Source: Macrostomum hystrix
Taxonomy: Eukaryota; Animalia; Platyhelminthes
NCBI GenBank assembly: GCA_950097015.1
Contig: CATNEN010000007.1
Location: forward strand, 2,728,001 to 2,792,000
Reading direction: 5' to 3'
Length of the DNA: 64,000 nucleotides
The notes below the pieces were generated by a model. The model worked only from the letters and a program-made list of their open reading frames with translations, did not search any database and was not told the origin of the DNA. Position numbers and translations under genes: made by a program. Below are positions 12,117 to 25,413 of the stretch, in pieces; within the stretch, counting starts at the first letter, position 1, and each line of letters starts with the position of its first letter.

Positions 12117-15100
12117 ATGACTACGACACCTGCGTCGCAGCTCGCGGACCTAGCAGCATTCAACGGGCATTTGCTGATGAGGTGCGCCCACCTGAGAAAT
12201 CAAAAAGATCCTAAAGACGTCCTGTCGATGTATCGCTACTTCGAGTGCTTGAACGCCACCGAGGTGATGAAAATGTTTCACCAGCAACTGAGCCAGGTGC
12301 AGGACGAGTTAAACAAAGCCTTTCCCTTCCTGCTGGCCATGACCTGCATTCAGGTGCTGCTCATTGTCTTTGGCATCGCTGGCAATCTCTTTCTACTCAT
12401 CGCGGCCGCTCGCTGCCGCGCCTTGAAGAAGCAAAGAATCTGCTTTGTGATTAACCTGGCCGTGTCCGACCTGATCCTGTGCGTGTTCACCCAGCCCTTC
12501 AACATCATCAGGCTGATGCAGCGCTACGGCAGCTGGGATTGGGGCGTGCCGCTCTGCAAGCTGGTGTCCAGCCTCACCGGTGTCAACCTGTTCGCTTCCA
12601 CCTTCTCTGTTGTTGCCATCGCCCTGGACAGAATGCAGGTGAGAAAGCTTACGCGCCAGTTTATCTGGGGAAATTCCTGCATTGGCTGTTTGTCGCATAG
12701 TTTTTGGTGATAATCTCAATAGTCTTATAGCAATGGTGTGTACTTTTCGAGATTACGGCTGGTTCTTTGATAATGATTCGCTCTCGTATCTTCAGAAATG
12801 TTTGGCGTTTGTTTGAAATGTTTTATTTTTCTTCTAAACGGCTCTCGTTTCTTAAAGTTTTTCTCGTTTCTTAGAAATGGGTTCCGTTTCTTGGAGAGGG
12901 CTCCCGTTTCTTTGAAACAGTTCTCGTTTCTTGGAAACAGTTCTCGATTCTTTGAAACGGTTCTCGTTTCTTGTAAGTGGTTCTCGTTTCTTGTAAATGG
13001 TTCTCGTTTCTTGTAAGTGGTTCTCGCTTCTTGTAAGTGGTTCTCGTTTCTTGTAAGTGGTTCTCGTTTCTTGTAAGTGGTTCTCGTTTCTTGTAAGTGG
13101 TTCTCGTTTCTTGTAAGTGGTTCTCGTTTCTTGTAAGTGGTTCTCGTTTCTTGTAAGTGGTTCTCGTTTCTTGTAAGTGGTTCTCGTTTCTTGTAAGTGG
13201 TTCTCGTTTCTTGTAAGTGGTTCTCGTTTCTTGTAAGTGCATGGTTCTCGTTTCTTGTAAGTGGTTCTCGTTACTTGGAAACGGTTTCAGTTTTTTGTGT
13301 TGATGGGGTTTCCTTTGTAATGATTGGCGCTTCTTGGAAACTTGCCCAGTTTCATCGGTTATAATGGGCGTTGCTTTCGTAATTGTGGGTCTAAACTTTT
13401 GAAGGTATTTTTTCTTGAATCATCCACTGGTGCCTCAAACATTCGCACTATTTCTTCACAAACTTTTCAATCGGTCTTCCACATCCCAGTGTCTCCTCAC
13501 AGGACTAACCCAATCAATATTTGAATTCAATAACCGTACGCACAGATTTTCAGGCCTAAAATGTCTATGATTTTCAATTGGGTCACGCCCAGGATGTTTA
13601 CTAACTGGCTGGGGGGCCTGGACCAGATTCGGCCGAAATCCAATATCCCCTCTGCTGGGCGTCACAGAAGGAGGAAATGAAAGGTCTCATTTGGCTCGAG
13701 TTGTGTCTCGTCTGCCACTTTCTTCGCTGCTTGCAAAAAAGGCTGCGATTGGGTTGGATGAATTTCCCCAGGGGATGAACTGAGGGCATGGGATGAGGAT
13801 GCTAGTGAGATGGGATTTCAGTCTGCTCAGCCGCACGATGAGGCAATGATTTATTTTCTCTGGTGGCTTGAATTCCTCAAGATTTGAAGTGTTCGATGAG
13901 GGAACAGGCCGCAGGTGGTTGGATGGCGATTTCGAAGTGTCTGCGGCTTGAGAATGGTCTCAAAAATGGATGTTCATAATTTATTGGGGTCTGACAGAAT
14001 CTGGGTTGTGCTCGATAAATACTTGACTAGACAGCATATGCTCAGGACTACTGTATACTCAGGACTGTATGCTCAGGACTACTGTATACTCAGGACTGTA
14101 TGCTCAGGACTACTGTATACTCAGGACTGTATGCTCAGGACTACTGTATACTCAGGACTGTATGCTCAGGACTGTATACTCAGGACTACTGTATACTCAG
14201 GACTGTATGCTCAGGACTGTATACTCGGGTTTACTCTGTTTCGAATCAAAAAACATATTCAAGCACTAAATATATTAAAGGCATTACATATGAAACTTTG
14301 AACAAATGAATTACGAGCATCTGTATCACTCTAAACTAGCGTTGCAATTCTCCTAATTGCAATGTGCAGTCGTTTCTTCTGAGTGATTCAACACTTTGAC
14401 CACAAAGGATCGCGGACTTAAGCAGAGGTAGCAGATGAGGCCGAGGCTTACGAGACGTATGTGTCAGTTTTAGCGGGCCAGTGTGCCAAGGTTTGATTAC
14501 CAAGAAATGTGGCCCTCTTTCACTTTTTTTCTCTTAGTTTTACAACTGCTCGCTCGATTGGCTTTCTTGATGTGCTCAGCGATGTTCTCAATGCTCAAAT
14601 ATGTTTCTACTTACTAGCTTTGAATTTTATCCAATGGTCGCTATGTTCGTTTCGTAATATCAAAATTGATTGTTAAGCTGAGAGTTAAGATCTGCAGTAA
14701 GATCATATTGAATATTGCAATCGGTCAATTCCTTCGACATTCTCAAGGCATTTATAGGGCTTTGTACCCCAAGTGTTACTACAAGGACAGCTCGAAATTC
14801 AGATGAAATTAGATGACAAACAAGGAACAAATTTTCCTGAGGACACTGTTCAAAGTATACCCGCCCGTCTTCCAGCTGACTCTGCGTCCTTCCAAGCAGC
14901 CGCTTTCGCCACTGAAAATCGGCCTCAGTGTCACAGCCATCTGGCTGATCTCCTGCCTGCTCGCCAGTCCGCTGCTCTTCTTCGCTGGCGTCGTGGAGGA
15001 CACGGTCAGGTGGGACCGCAAGCACTACCTGTGCGGCGAGGACTACCTTCACCACGGTCAATGGCTGAAGGCTGCCAAGCTGCTGTATAGTGCCGCCACG

Positions 15101-16023
15101 ATCCTGGTCCAGTACCTGGTGCCTCTGGTCATCATCAGCTTCGCGTATGTCAGCATCTACTGCCGCCTGCGCCGACGACCAGTCAACCAGCAGCAGCAGC
15201 AGCCTTTGCCTGTCCCGGCTGTTCAACTACAGTGGACGGCAGAGCAGAGACATCTGGAGCGAGCGAAGCGAAGAAGACAATTCAGGACCAACTGCTTGCT
15301 GGGAGCTGTGGCTGTCGGCTTCGCTCTGGCTTGGCTGCCGCTGACAATGTCCAATCTGGTGCAGGACTATCAGGTAGGCAGTGGGTTTGATTATTCAATT
15401 ATAGAGATTGTGAGGTGTAGGCTAGGATTCGAAGTTAAAAATTCGACTGAGCTGCGCAAAATCCACAGGACTGGCGCCGTAGACAACCCTTAGCCGCCAG
15501 CTCGACATCAAAGTCTGCTCGATCGGCAGCCTCGAGTGGTCACGGTGGAGGAGACAGCGGCGAAAGCGGTGGCGTCGGGGGGATGAGCATTGGCGTCAGC
15601 GCCTTCTTTCACAGCCTCTGCCTGACGCTAATCCTCATGTCCACCTGCATGAACGCCGTCATCTACGGCTTCTTTAACAGCAAGCTGAAGGGACAGTACA
15701 GCGACTTGCTGTGCCGTTGCTTTTGTCGTTCAAGCGAGCATTCCGGGCGTCAGGCTGGTGGCGGAGCCCAAAACAACGATGCCAGAGTCAAGAGCGGCGC
15801 TTACAAGGCGGCAAAGAAAAAGTGCGCTTCAACAGCCGATGCCGAGCGCCAGCCTCTGGGACGGCGCAGGTCCTGGCAGCAGTCGGCGAACTCCATCGAT
15901 CTGCAATGGAGCGCTATTCTCAAAGCCGAAGAGCTGGCTCTGCGCAGCGAGTGTCTGCCCTTAATGACGACGACGACCCGCTGCCAGCTGGCGCAAAACG
16001 ACACGGAGAATAAAGACGTCTGA
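12117..16023 (+). CDS. Class A neuropeptide GPCR, NPY/NPF-receptor-like; join(12117..12638,14876..15373,15469..16023), 524 aa
   Basis: TM1 GIAGNLF, TM2 INLAVSDL, ECL1 WDWGVPLCKL, TM3 IALDRMQ, TM4 IWLISCLLASP, TM5 VQYLVPLVIISFAY, TM6 FALAWLP, TM7 STCMNAVIYGFFN. All junctions are GT-AG and phase 0. The exon 3 acceptor (15468) is the least certain. Confidence 0.88.
12835..13290. repeat. 20-bp minisatellite (GGTTCTCGTTTCTTGTAAGT) in GPCR intron 1
   Basis: Near-perfect at 12960-13270, degenerate on the left. Confidence 0.93.
14035..14228. repeat. 14/17-bp compound repeat (CTCAGGACTGTATG / CTCAGGACTACTGTATA) in GPCR intron 1
   Basis: Read directly. Confidence 0.9.
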
Positions 16024-19000
16024 CCGGCCTTCGACCAAGTTATCGGCCCTGGACTGAAAAAATTCATTCAACTTGTGTTAAGTCTTCAATTTTAAAGCCA
16101 TATAAGGATGAAGGATTATTGTGGAATCAATTCAACAGTAGAAAGACGACGGAGGTTTTTAAATACCCACATTTTTCTTTTTTCTGTATCCTAAAATTTT
16201 CAACCAATTTAGCCCAGAAAACGGGCTAAAATTTTTTGCTTTATCCGATTAAACAATTTTCTGAATCACAAAACATCGCGGCATTGTCGATATATTCAAC
16301 GATTCGCGTCGGCGTGTCAATTGGCAAAATTTCATCATGCAATCATATCGGCTATCGTATATTGTTGACTATTTTGCTAATTTTTTCACTTTTAAACCAA
16401 TATATGGATTCGCCAAAAAGGTTTTTGCAGAGAAATGTTAGTTGTCCTTCTCAGCAGGGACTGCGACAAGGATCCCTGAATATCTCACCGATGCTGACTT
16501 GGACTGCATTGGAAGTTACACCATCATAAAAAACGGAAAATTTAGATTCAGATGGTGGAATTTCACGAAACTCGGTCATTCGGTTTGGGAGCAGCAGTGA
16601 AGTGGGCAGTGGGTATTTGAATTCATTTGTCTTTCCTCAGGGAGAAAATAGCGCGATCTTTCTACTGTTAAGAGATTCGACATCATCCTATAAGCCCAGT
16701 TGTTTTTGAGTTATCTAAATCTCCAGTTTTGCAAGGGAATCCACGAAAAGCACAATTGGATGAATTCCGAATATCTCGTGTACCATTCTTGTGGAAGACG
16801 TAAAGTAAACTTGTTTTTTCGCCTATTCCCATTTCCCATCATACAAAAATGCTGTTGCGTATATAGTGTACATTATGTCAAGTGTCATGTAAAATATTTT
16901 ACTAACAAACCAATTTTTATCGATGCATTCCACGGAGATTAAAGTTTCTAATTTGATTCACACCATCATACTAACTCTACAGTTCTCGATAACGTTATTG
17001 CTATTAGTTTTTTGGGCTGTCGCGAGCTATAAAAAGCGACATTTTTCTAAAATTCACCTTAAAAATGCCTAAGCAATAACTTAGGTATTGCTTACCTAAT
17101 ACATAATGCCTAATTAGGTATTTTGGATATTATTCTATATAACTATATTCTATAATATATTTTAGATATATTATATTCATACTATTATTTAGGTATTATT
17201 AATGGGCTCATGAAGGCCCATGAAACTTGAGCTGACGTATGAACCACGGGGATGCTAAGTGGCGGCCGACCTTGTCGCCAGGTTGACTTTTTGGTAGGAA
17301 AAACGATGGGATTATATATATATATATATATATATGTTAGAAATCACGCATCACGCACATGAACCGTCATGGTAAGTCTCCTTAAGCCCAGCCGGGACCC
17401 TGTCGCTGTGACTGTTCAACCGAGCCCTACCGTCTTGTGATTGGCCCGACGTTGTACATACAGTAAGCTTGAGGAAGGTGAGAAGGGTGGCATTACATAA
17501 TTGTTTGCGTAATATGTTCATTAATTATGCATTCGCTCAACAATTACATACATTTCTGAACTACTTAAAATATTCATTTTGAAGATTTAGTTCAGTATAG
17601 ATTAAGTATTACTGCAATTCGATAATCTCATGAACGAAATCATATATTTTTAAGAAATCAAGTTGGCAGCAAAATTTCGAGAAAAGTACTAGACCTAGAC
17701 AAGACAAGCAAACTTTTTAAGAAGCTTATTTATTGATATGGTTCAAAACGAGACAGCTGTTTAATGTCAAGGACCACTAGGAGAATATTACTCCTATCCC
17801 AACTTCTTCCAATTGGTCCTTGATGTAAGCATCACAAAAACTTGTGTTAGTTTTGAGATTATGCAATTATGCATTATGCAATGTGCTTTTGTAGGTTGTC
17901 AGCTGCGACCCGACTAAGTCCAATATCACATGTGTTCAGACCGTCCACCGACTAAATGATAAAGCAAATCACAGCAATACAGGCAATTTATAGTCCGAAG
18001 TTGTATTGAAGATAATGAACAAGAACTTATATTGTTATAAAATCGATTACATGCAGTGAATTATTCCAAGACCTCTTTGAAATTATTAGACATTTGGCTT
18101 CAGTTCCCTTTCGGCTCCAACAAGTTGGTTCGCCGTATTTTAGCAAACTGTTTTTGCGAGTTTATTAATTAATCTAATTTACGCCCTCTTCCTTAAACCC
18201 GTATTTTTTTCAGTTAAAATCGAGAAATAGATTCATAAACTAGAGCTTCAACATTAAAATTTCTAAAAAGGTAGCTGAACGATTTGATTTACTTTGAAAG
18301 TCAACAAAACATATAGTTAAACCCGGAATAATTGCGTCGCGCTGATTCAAGATTCACAGACTCTACATTATAACTGTATAATACTAGTAAAGCCTTGAAA
18401 TACTGTAACTTTTTTAATGACCTATAACTTCGACTTATGTCGACTAGAATTGGCTCAACAGGCTACTTGCCTGCGCCAACTATTACAACTATGTCTATTT
18501 CTTACTATATTCAATTTATATTATTCTTTTCATAGAACACTCTTGTGTCTAATAGTAATACTGCATATTGTAGCTTTTATAAATGTTATATAAACTATTT
18601 AATGATTAAAAAACTACATTTTGTTCCTTTTTGTTGTAATTTGTTGTCCTTATGTTGTAATGAGAAGAGTTAGGTCACTCTTAGTTTGTTGAGTAGGCCC
18701 TAGTCCCTAGAGTGTAGACATTTTGGCTATCCAATAGCTATAGAACTGTTCGTTTAATTAATTTTCTGCCTAAATTCGATTCTTTTATATTTGCTGAGGT
18801 AAAAATATGAAACACATGAAAGAATTAACAGTTTAACACACATGGGGCATTTTTACTATTATCTCTTTTTTAATCTATTTTTAATCTCTTTTTACATTAT
18901 CTCTACGGACTAGACTATACAAAAATACAATAGGTGAATAGCTGTCTGGGTTATACTAACAAAATTACAAAATCTTTGTGAAACTTGCATCTCTTGTCTA

Positions 19001-20557
19001 GCCCATAAATAAATAAAAAATGTAGCTGTTAGTTAAATTAACAATAACATAAGCTTCATTACAAGAATATAGTTGTTGCTGTCATTTATCATCATTGTCA
19101 TGTTTATTATTCTGGTATAAAGGTATTTACAAAATCCTTTAAAGGTCAGTAATCTTCAGACAGTCCTTTGACTTTTTTGAAGTTTAATCCATATTATTGG
19201 TTATTATCTTACAAAAAATACTATACAAAAAATTGCTTCTAAAATCCTTAATTCCTTATCTCCCACTAAGTATGGTCATCCTGTGACATGGAAGCCATTC
19301 CATAGAAAGTAGTTGTAGATGTCAGAACAAATGGTTTTCTTTTTTAAAATCAGCATTCTAAAAACCCCTATGTCCTAGTCTAGACCATGTAGTGTTTCTG
19401 GCATGTATTTGCTTTGGACTGTCATACATGGCATCCATTGGAATATATTTCAATTTCAAGGGGTTGGTATGCACCATGGTGTGCATGGCCAGCATTCATG
19501 AATCAAAAAAAGAGATAAAAATATGTTTCGCATAGGGCCTATATATGTATTATTTATATCCAATTGTTGTGAATCGTAAAAAAATAGCAGTAAAAATATA
19601 AAACCCACAAAAACTATATTAGTAACATACAATAGTGCTCTATCAACTAATTAGAATGGACTTTGCATGACTACAACATAAGTTTTGTTAGCTGTCAATA
19701 ATTTTTCTATTTTTGTAAATTGGACTATTGATACTTGAAGTCAATTAATTTTTATATGCTCCATTGCTCTAAGCTAAATAATGGGTAAAATATATGACAT
19801 ATTTACAATTTACAATTATCAGGTTTATCAGTGTTACTGCTAAGTGTTCAATTTGATCATTGCGAACATACTAACCAAGCAGTTAAGTGCAAGCAACACA
19901 GCCATGAGCTGGAATTGAAAAAATGAAAAAAAAAACAATTATAATGTAAAATAGTTTTTGTATACTTAAAAAAGTATCATCAATGCTCTTGATGTATTGT
20001 TTTTATTTCACTCTTTTTCACGTCTTCAATTGAAAAAATTAGAGATGTTTAAAAAATGTTGCATAGGTAAAAGTTAAATAGTTATATTTTTATAAAGTTG
20101 ATGTGTATCAACTTATGTATGCTATAGCATATATTTTATGATATAGTGGTTGTTCTATAAGTTAGTTTATATATATTTATTTACAATATTATTTTTGTTT
20201 CACGTATTTAAATATTTATTGCCAATTTTTATGTCTTAAAAGACAATATTTTTTGAGAATTTGTTAGGTTAAAATATATTATTTATATATAAAAATTGTC
20301 TTTTTAATGTTAGAATAAAATAGGACTCTGAGCTTATTTAAAGAGGCAATAGAGGGCCTAGTGGCAAGGAGGTGAAACTTCTCTCTCTCTCTATGAAAGA
20401 TAAAGATTTATTTTTCATGCACTGCACTGTTATGCAGTTATGCACTGATGAAGTATTTCAATAGACAAGTAAGGATATAGTTATTTCTGGTTTTATATAT
20501 AATCTCACACTAGGCTATAGAAGGCTTTATACCATTAGGAGTTTAAATTGATTTCAG

Positions 20558-21563
20558 CAGCCAGTCCAAGCCACAGTGACTCATTGTGCCGCTACTGGCC
20601 AATTTCTTATTTGGGATGCCGGCTCCGCGCAGCGCCTGCGGCTCAGCCGCTTCATCGCCGCTCCGATTGGCACTCTTCCAAGATGCCCCCGTCAGAACCG
20701 AGCCCTGTACCTGCCCTGCATGCTGGCACCCGAGCAGGCGGTTGTGGCAGCGGATGTTCTCTCGGGTGTTGAGTTTGTCAGTCAGGCAGCTTGTCCGGCC
20801 TCCGTTGAGTCAGGCGTCATCGCCGAGTACAATCGCCAGCTAGAGACCAACTATTCCGAGGCAGTCGAGGTTCTGCTGGCTCGCCGCAGACTCCGCATGA
20901 CGCCGCACACGGCTGCCATTGCGGCTGGACGGGCAGCCAAGAGACGCCGACTGAGGCGCCTGAACGAGTCGGAATCAGAAGCTAGCTCAAAGGTTCAGCA
21001 ATGTTCCAGCCAGGAATCGAATCTAGTTGAACAACAACAAGGCGAAGAAAATGAAGGAGTCGACCTGGCTGCCGAAGCGCTAGCCGAAGGCCTGCCGCCG
21101 CCTGATCGAGTTGCCATTCATTTGCCGACTCGAACCCCGGACCACTGGCTAAGAGCCGGCGAACAGCTGGGCCTGTCGGAGTTCCCGTCTAGTCCAGCAT
21201 TGTTCGACACACCGCGCAGTCGGCTTCGATTATCAGTTTGGCGTCACCTGTGGCACCTGGGCTACTACCTGACTGGCGGTGCTGCCAACTTCGGTGCCGA
21301 CTATCTCCTTTATCAGGGCGAGCCTCTGCGCTATCACGCCACACACTTGGTGCTGTGCCGTCCGGAGGGAACTCTGCCGCCGCCTCGATGTTTAACCTGT
21401 CATCTTAGGCTGGCCAATGACGCCAAAAAACTGCTTCTAGTGGCAACGCCTTCCACAGGGTCGGATGCCGGGGTCGACTGTCGGGTATTTGCCTGGAGGC
21501 GCGGCGAGGCCGTGGAGATGCGACTGGGTAGCGAGGAGGAGCGCAACTGCCTTGACGCTATGG

Positions 21564-21601
<38 letters not shown>

Positions 21602-21658
21602 ACTACTGGAGCTGCTAGTTGCCGCGAAACAGAAGCAGACTTTGAAGAAGATATTTGA
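20558..21658 (+). CDS. TSEN34: tRNA-splicing endonuclease subunit Sen34; single coding exon with no genomic ATG for the N-terminus
   Basis: FLIWDAGSAQRLR...IGTLPRCPRQN..L.LPCML matches the TSEN34 N-terminus. RLSVWRHLWHLGYYLT...FGADYLLYQGEPLRYHATH...AKKLLLV matches the catalytic domain, with the Tyr/His/Lys triad intact. The frame is closed upstream by TGA at 20549-20551, and a TTTCAG acceptor ends at 20557. Confidence 0.92.
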
Positions 21659-21679
21659 CCAACGCTCAATGTTTAGTCT

Positions 21680-22235
21680 TTTCCACCTCTATCAACCCTC
21701 TCTTCCAACCTCTATCAACCCTCTCTTCCAACCTCTATCAACCCTCTCTTCCAACCTCTATCAACCCTCTCTTTTACCCTCTATTAACCCTCTCTTCCAC
21801 CCTCTATCAACCCTCTCTTCGACCCTCTATCAACCCTCACTTCCACACTATCAACCCTCTATTCCACCCTCTATCAACCCTCTCTTCGACCCTCTATCAA
21901 CCCTCTCTTCCAACCTCTATCAACCCTCTCTTCCAACCTCTATCAACCCTCTCTTCCAACCTCTATCAACCCTCTCTTCCAACCTCTATCAACCCTCTCT
22001 TCCAACCTCTATCAACCCTCTCTTCCACCCTCTATCAACCCTCTCTTCCAACCTCTATCAACCCTCTCTTCCAACCTCTATCAACCCTCTCTTTTACCCT
22101 CTATTAACCCTCTCTTCCACCCTCTATCAACCCTCTCTTCGACCCTCTATCAACCCTCTCTTCGACCCTCTATCAACCCTCTCTTCGACCCTCTATCAAC
22201 CCTCTCTTCCACCCTCTATCAACCCTCTCTTCCCT
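21680..22235. repeat. 23-bp pyrimidine-rich minisatellite (CTCTATCAACCCTCTCTTCCAAC) just 3' of the TSEN34 stop
   Basis: About 24 units, period 23. Confidence 0.95.
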
Positions 22236-22512
22236 AAGTAGTATTTTATTTGAAGTTGCATTTAATGCATTTGAATGTTTTGTGCATCTTGTGTATGTTC
22301 TAATAATGAATATTGTCGATTATTTTGTACTTTTTGGATTTTTTCTTTTTTGTTTTCCTTTTTATACCTTTGTGGGACGAGTCCGTTAGTTATCAATACG
22401 AATAATTTAAGTATTTCTACTGTTGACTTTCCAGCGATTTACTGAACTAAATCGCGGTCGGTCCATTGCCTATTTTGCTTCGAAAACTAAATTGAAAAGC
22501 ATCAGCAGCAGA

Positions 22513-24261
22513 ATGGCCACCAATTTGACATCGGCCACCGGCCTGCCGCCTGGCTGGAAGCGGGAGGAATCGCTGAAGCAGTCGGGATTATCCTCCGGAA
22601 AGACCGAAGTCTATTACGTTAGTCCTGGTGGGCGAAAGCTGAAAAATCGAAATGAACTTCAGCGGGCACTCGGCGATCGGTACGACCTGACTAACTTCGA
22701 CTGGCGCAGCGGCAGATTCATGCCGTACGCCAGGCCCCAGCAACAGCAGCAGCATCACCATCACCACCATCATCAGCATCTTCAGCACCAGTCTGTGGCT
22801 TCTAATAATGCTTCAGCTGCCGCTGCTGCCAGACTGAAAACGCCAGCCGATATGCTGTCATCAGCCGCCGCCGCCGCCGCGGCTGCCAGCGCCTCGTCTG
22901 CGCAGCGATCGTCTGGTGCTTCAACAGCTGGCGGAGCTGGCACAGCCGGCTCTGCGGCCAGGGCCACCACCGATCCTTCGCTGAGGCTGCCCGTCAGGCA
23001 GACTGCTTCCATGCTCAAACAGTCGGTAGGTTGATCCCTGTTGTTGACGTGGCTTTTACAGATCGTTCTCTTAGCTTGGGTCTCAGCCTGACTCCTGAAT
23101 CTCACAGCCTGACTCTTTCAGCCTGAATCTCTCAGCCTGAATCTCTCAGCCTGAATCTCTCAGCCTGAATCTCTCAGTCTGAATCTCTCAGCCTGAATCT
23201 CTCAGCCTGAATCTCTCAGCCTGAATCTCTCAGTCTGAATCTCTCAGCCTGAATCTCACAGCCTGAATCTCTCAGCCTGAATCTCTCAGCCTGAATCTCT
23301 CAGCCTGAATCTCTCAGCCTGAATCTCTCAGCCTGAATCTCACAGCATGACTCTCATTGCCTGACTCCGCCTGAATCTCACAGCAAGAATCTCACAGCAT
23401 GACTCTCATTGCCTGACTCCGCCTGAATCTCTCAGCCTGAATCTCTCAGCCTGAATCTCTCAGCCTGAATCTCTCAGCCTGAATCTCTCAGCCTGAATCT
23501 CACAGCATGACTCTCATTGCCTGACTCCGTCTGAATCTCTCAGCCTGACTCAGTCTGAATCTCACAGCACGAATCTCACAGCATGAATCTCACAGCATGA
23601 CTCCGCCTGAATCTCTCAGCCTGACTCAGCCTGAATCTCTCAGCCTGTATCTCACAGCATGACTCTCGTTGTCTGACTCTCATTGCCTGAATCTCTCATC
23701 CTGAATCTCACAGGCTGAAAGTCACAGCGCAACTCCTATTCTTAACTAACTTGACTTCAACAAAAATTTACCCATCTACTTCACCTGCCGTCGCAGGTTG
23801 AGCTGGTCCGCAGCCACCCGGACAGCCGGCGCAACGACCTGCAGCACGGCCCTAAGGAGCGGCCCCGTCAGCTGTTTTATCACAAGCGCTTCGAGGGCTT
23901 GCGCGCCTGCAATCCGGATACCGGCGAGCCACGGCCTGAGGTCGGCCTGCCGAAGCACCTCCTGCCTGCAGCCGGCGGCCCCGTGACAGGCTCCGATCAG
24001 CTGGTGCTCAGCATCGCCGACTGCCTGAGCAGCGTCAGCGGCGGCACCTCGGGCGCCATGGCTGTTGTAGGCCAGCAGAATAGCAAAGCCTTCGAAAAGA
24101 ATCCCCACGTTGCTGTGAACCCGGACCAGCCGTTGGTTCGCTACCATCTGGTCACTGACGATGAAGTTCGTCAGCAGGAGGCTGTTGTCCGCGAGGCCAG
24201 GCGGAGGCTGGCTCTGGCGCTGCGCCTCTTCAAGGCGGGCAGGGAGGCGTCCGCGGCTTGA
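22513..24261 (+). CDS. MBD2/3: Methyl-CpG-binding domain protein 2/3 (NuRD subunit); join(22513..23025,23797..24261), 325 aa
   Basis: MBD: LPPGWKREE...SGLSSGKTEVYYVSPGGRK...FDWRSG. Also LPVRQTAS.LKQ, PRQLFYHKR..GL, and the C-terminal EKNP...NPDQPL...VTDDEVRQQE coiled coil. The intron is GT-AG, phase 0. Confidence 0.95.
23085..23725. repeat. 14-bp minisatellite (CCTGAATCTCTCAG) filling the MBD2/3 intron
   Basis: Period 14 measured. Confidence 0.93.
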
Positions 24262-24435
24262 GCTGCGCTTATGCCATCACTGAAATGGGAAGCATTGTAA
24301 ATCAGCTTGTGTGTGCGATCTGCCCTTAACTGTTACTCTTTGTAGTATGCCCTTGTACATTTGTTGCTAATATTAATACCCATGCATTGGCAAAATCTAA
24401 AGATACTCTCGTGTAAGGAATAGAGAAATAGAGAT

Positions 24436-24678
24436 GTGAAGCTATGGAACAGAGCTGTGAAGCTATGGAACAGAGCTGTGAAGCTATGGAACAGAGCTGT
24501 GAAGCTATGGAACAGAGCTGTGAAGCTATGGAACAGAGCTGTGAAGCTATGGGACAGAGCTGTGAAGCTATGGGACAGAGCTGTGAAGCTATGGGACAGA
24601 GCTGTGAAGCTATGGGACAGAGCTGTGAAGCTATGGGACAGAGCTGTGAAGCTATGGGACAGAGCTGTGAAGCTATCG
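24436..24678. repeat. 21-bp minisatellite (GTGAAGCTATGG[A/G]ACAGAGCT), ~11.5 units
   Basis: Five A-variant units followed by G-variant units. Confidence 0.95.
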
Positions 24679-25413
24679 AATAGGTCAGTACCTTCAGTTA
24701 CAACAAAACCCAGCGCTTATAAATGTTGTGTGTTTTTTAATTGTTTAACCATTTATGCTGCTTGTATTCTATGCAATATTCTTTTTTTACTTTTCAAAGT
24801 GAATTTGTAATGACTAATTGCCCAGTGTTAGTGTTCGTCCCTGTGAACACTATACGTAACTTTTATATTTAGTAATGCATTAAAACGATTCTGTAATGAC
24901 TTGTTACTGAACAACTTTTTCAAAAGCCGTTCATTATTTATTGTCTGAATGTTATATTAATACACACTTGTTATCCTATTCTACTATGATTAGTATCTCA
25001 TCATATCGTATCAACAAAAGGTTTAAAAACATGAAGCGTATTATGCCTACATCATACATCCATTATAATAATTAATCTAATAAAAATTACTGATAAAAAT
25101 GGAACAGTCTGTCTGTCAGCTGAAGCACAAGTATAAATTATGTATCGTGCGTGGACTTGACTAATTTCTATTTATATTGACTGTATGCATAAAATCCTGT
25201 CTTACTTCTGATAGACTGTACAATTCATAATGAATCGATTGCTACCAAAAAATTAACTTTTTTTTTTCGAGTTAATAATGATACTTATTGATGGCATTTT
25301 GCTAAACCGACTTAAATACTACATGTCGAATTTTTAACTTATGGTTAGAAAAGCCGAAATGAAGTGCAAGATATCGGTATTATGAAGCATAGAGCTTTAG
25401 ACTAAATCACGGG

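Noticed and set aside
17335-17497. TG...CA-bounded 163-bp segment (possible solo LTR)
   Set aside because: No matching 4-6 bp TSD and no second copy, PBS or PPT that I could verify.
17738-18100. YSYPNFFQLVLD peptide reminiscent of a hAT dimerisation-domain start
   Set aside because: The expected downstream LPxxxAxxERxFS motif is not recoverable, and no TIRs were found.
18421-18445. ATAACTTCG, resembling a loxP half-site
   Set aside because: Only 9 bp match and there is no inverted partner; expected by chance in AT-rich DNA.
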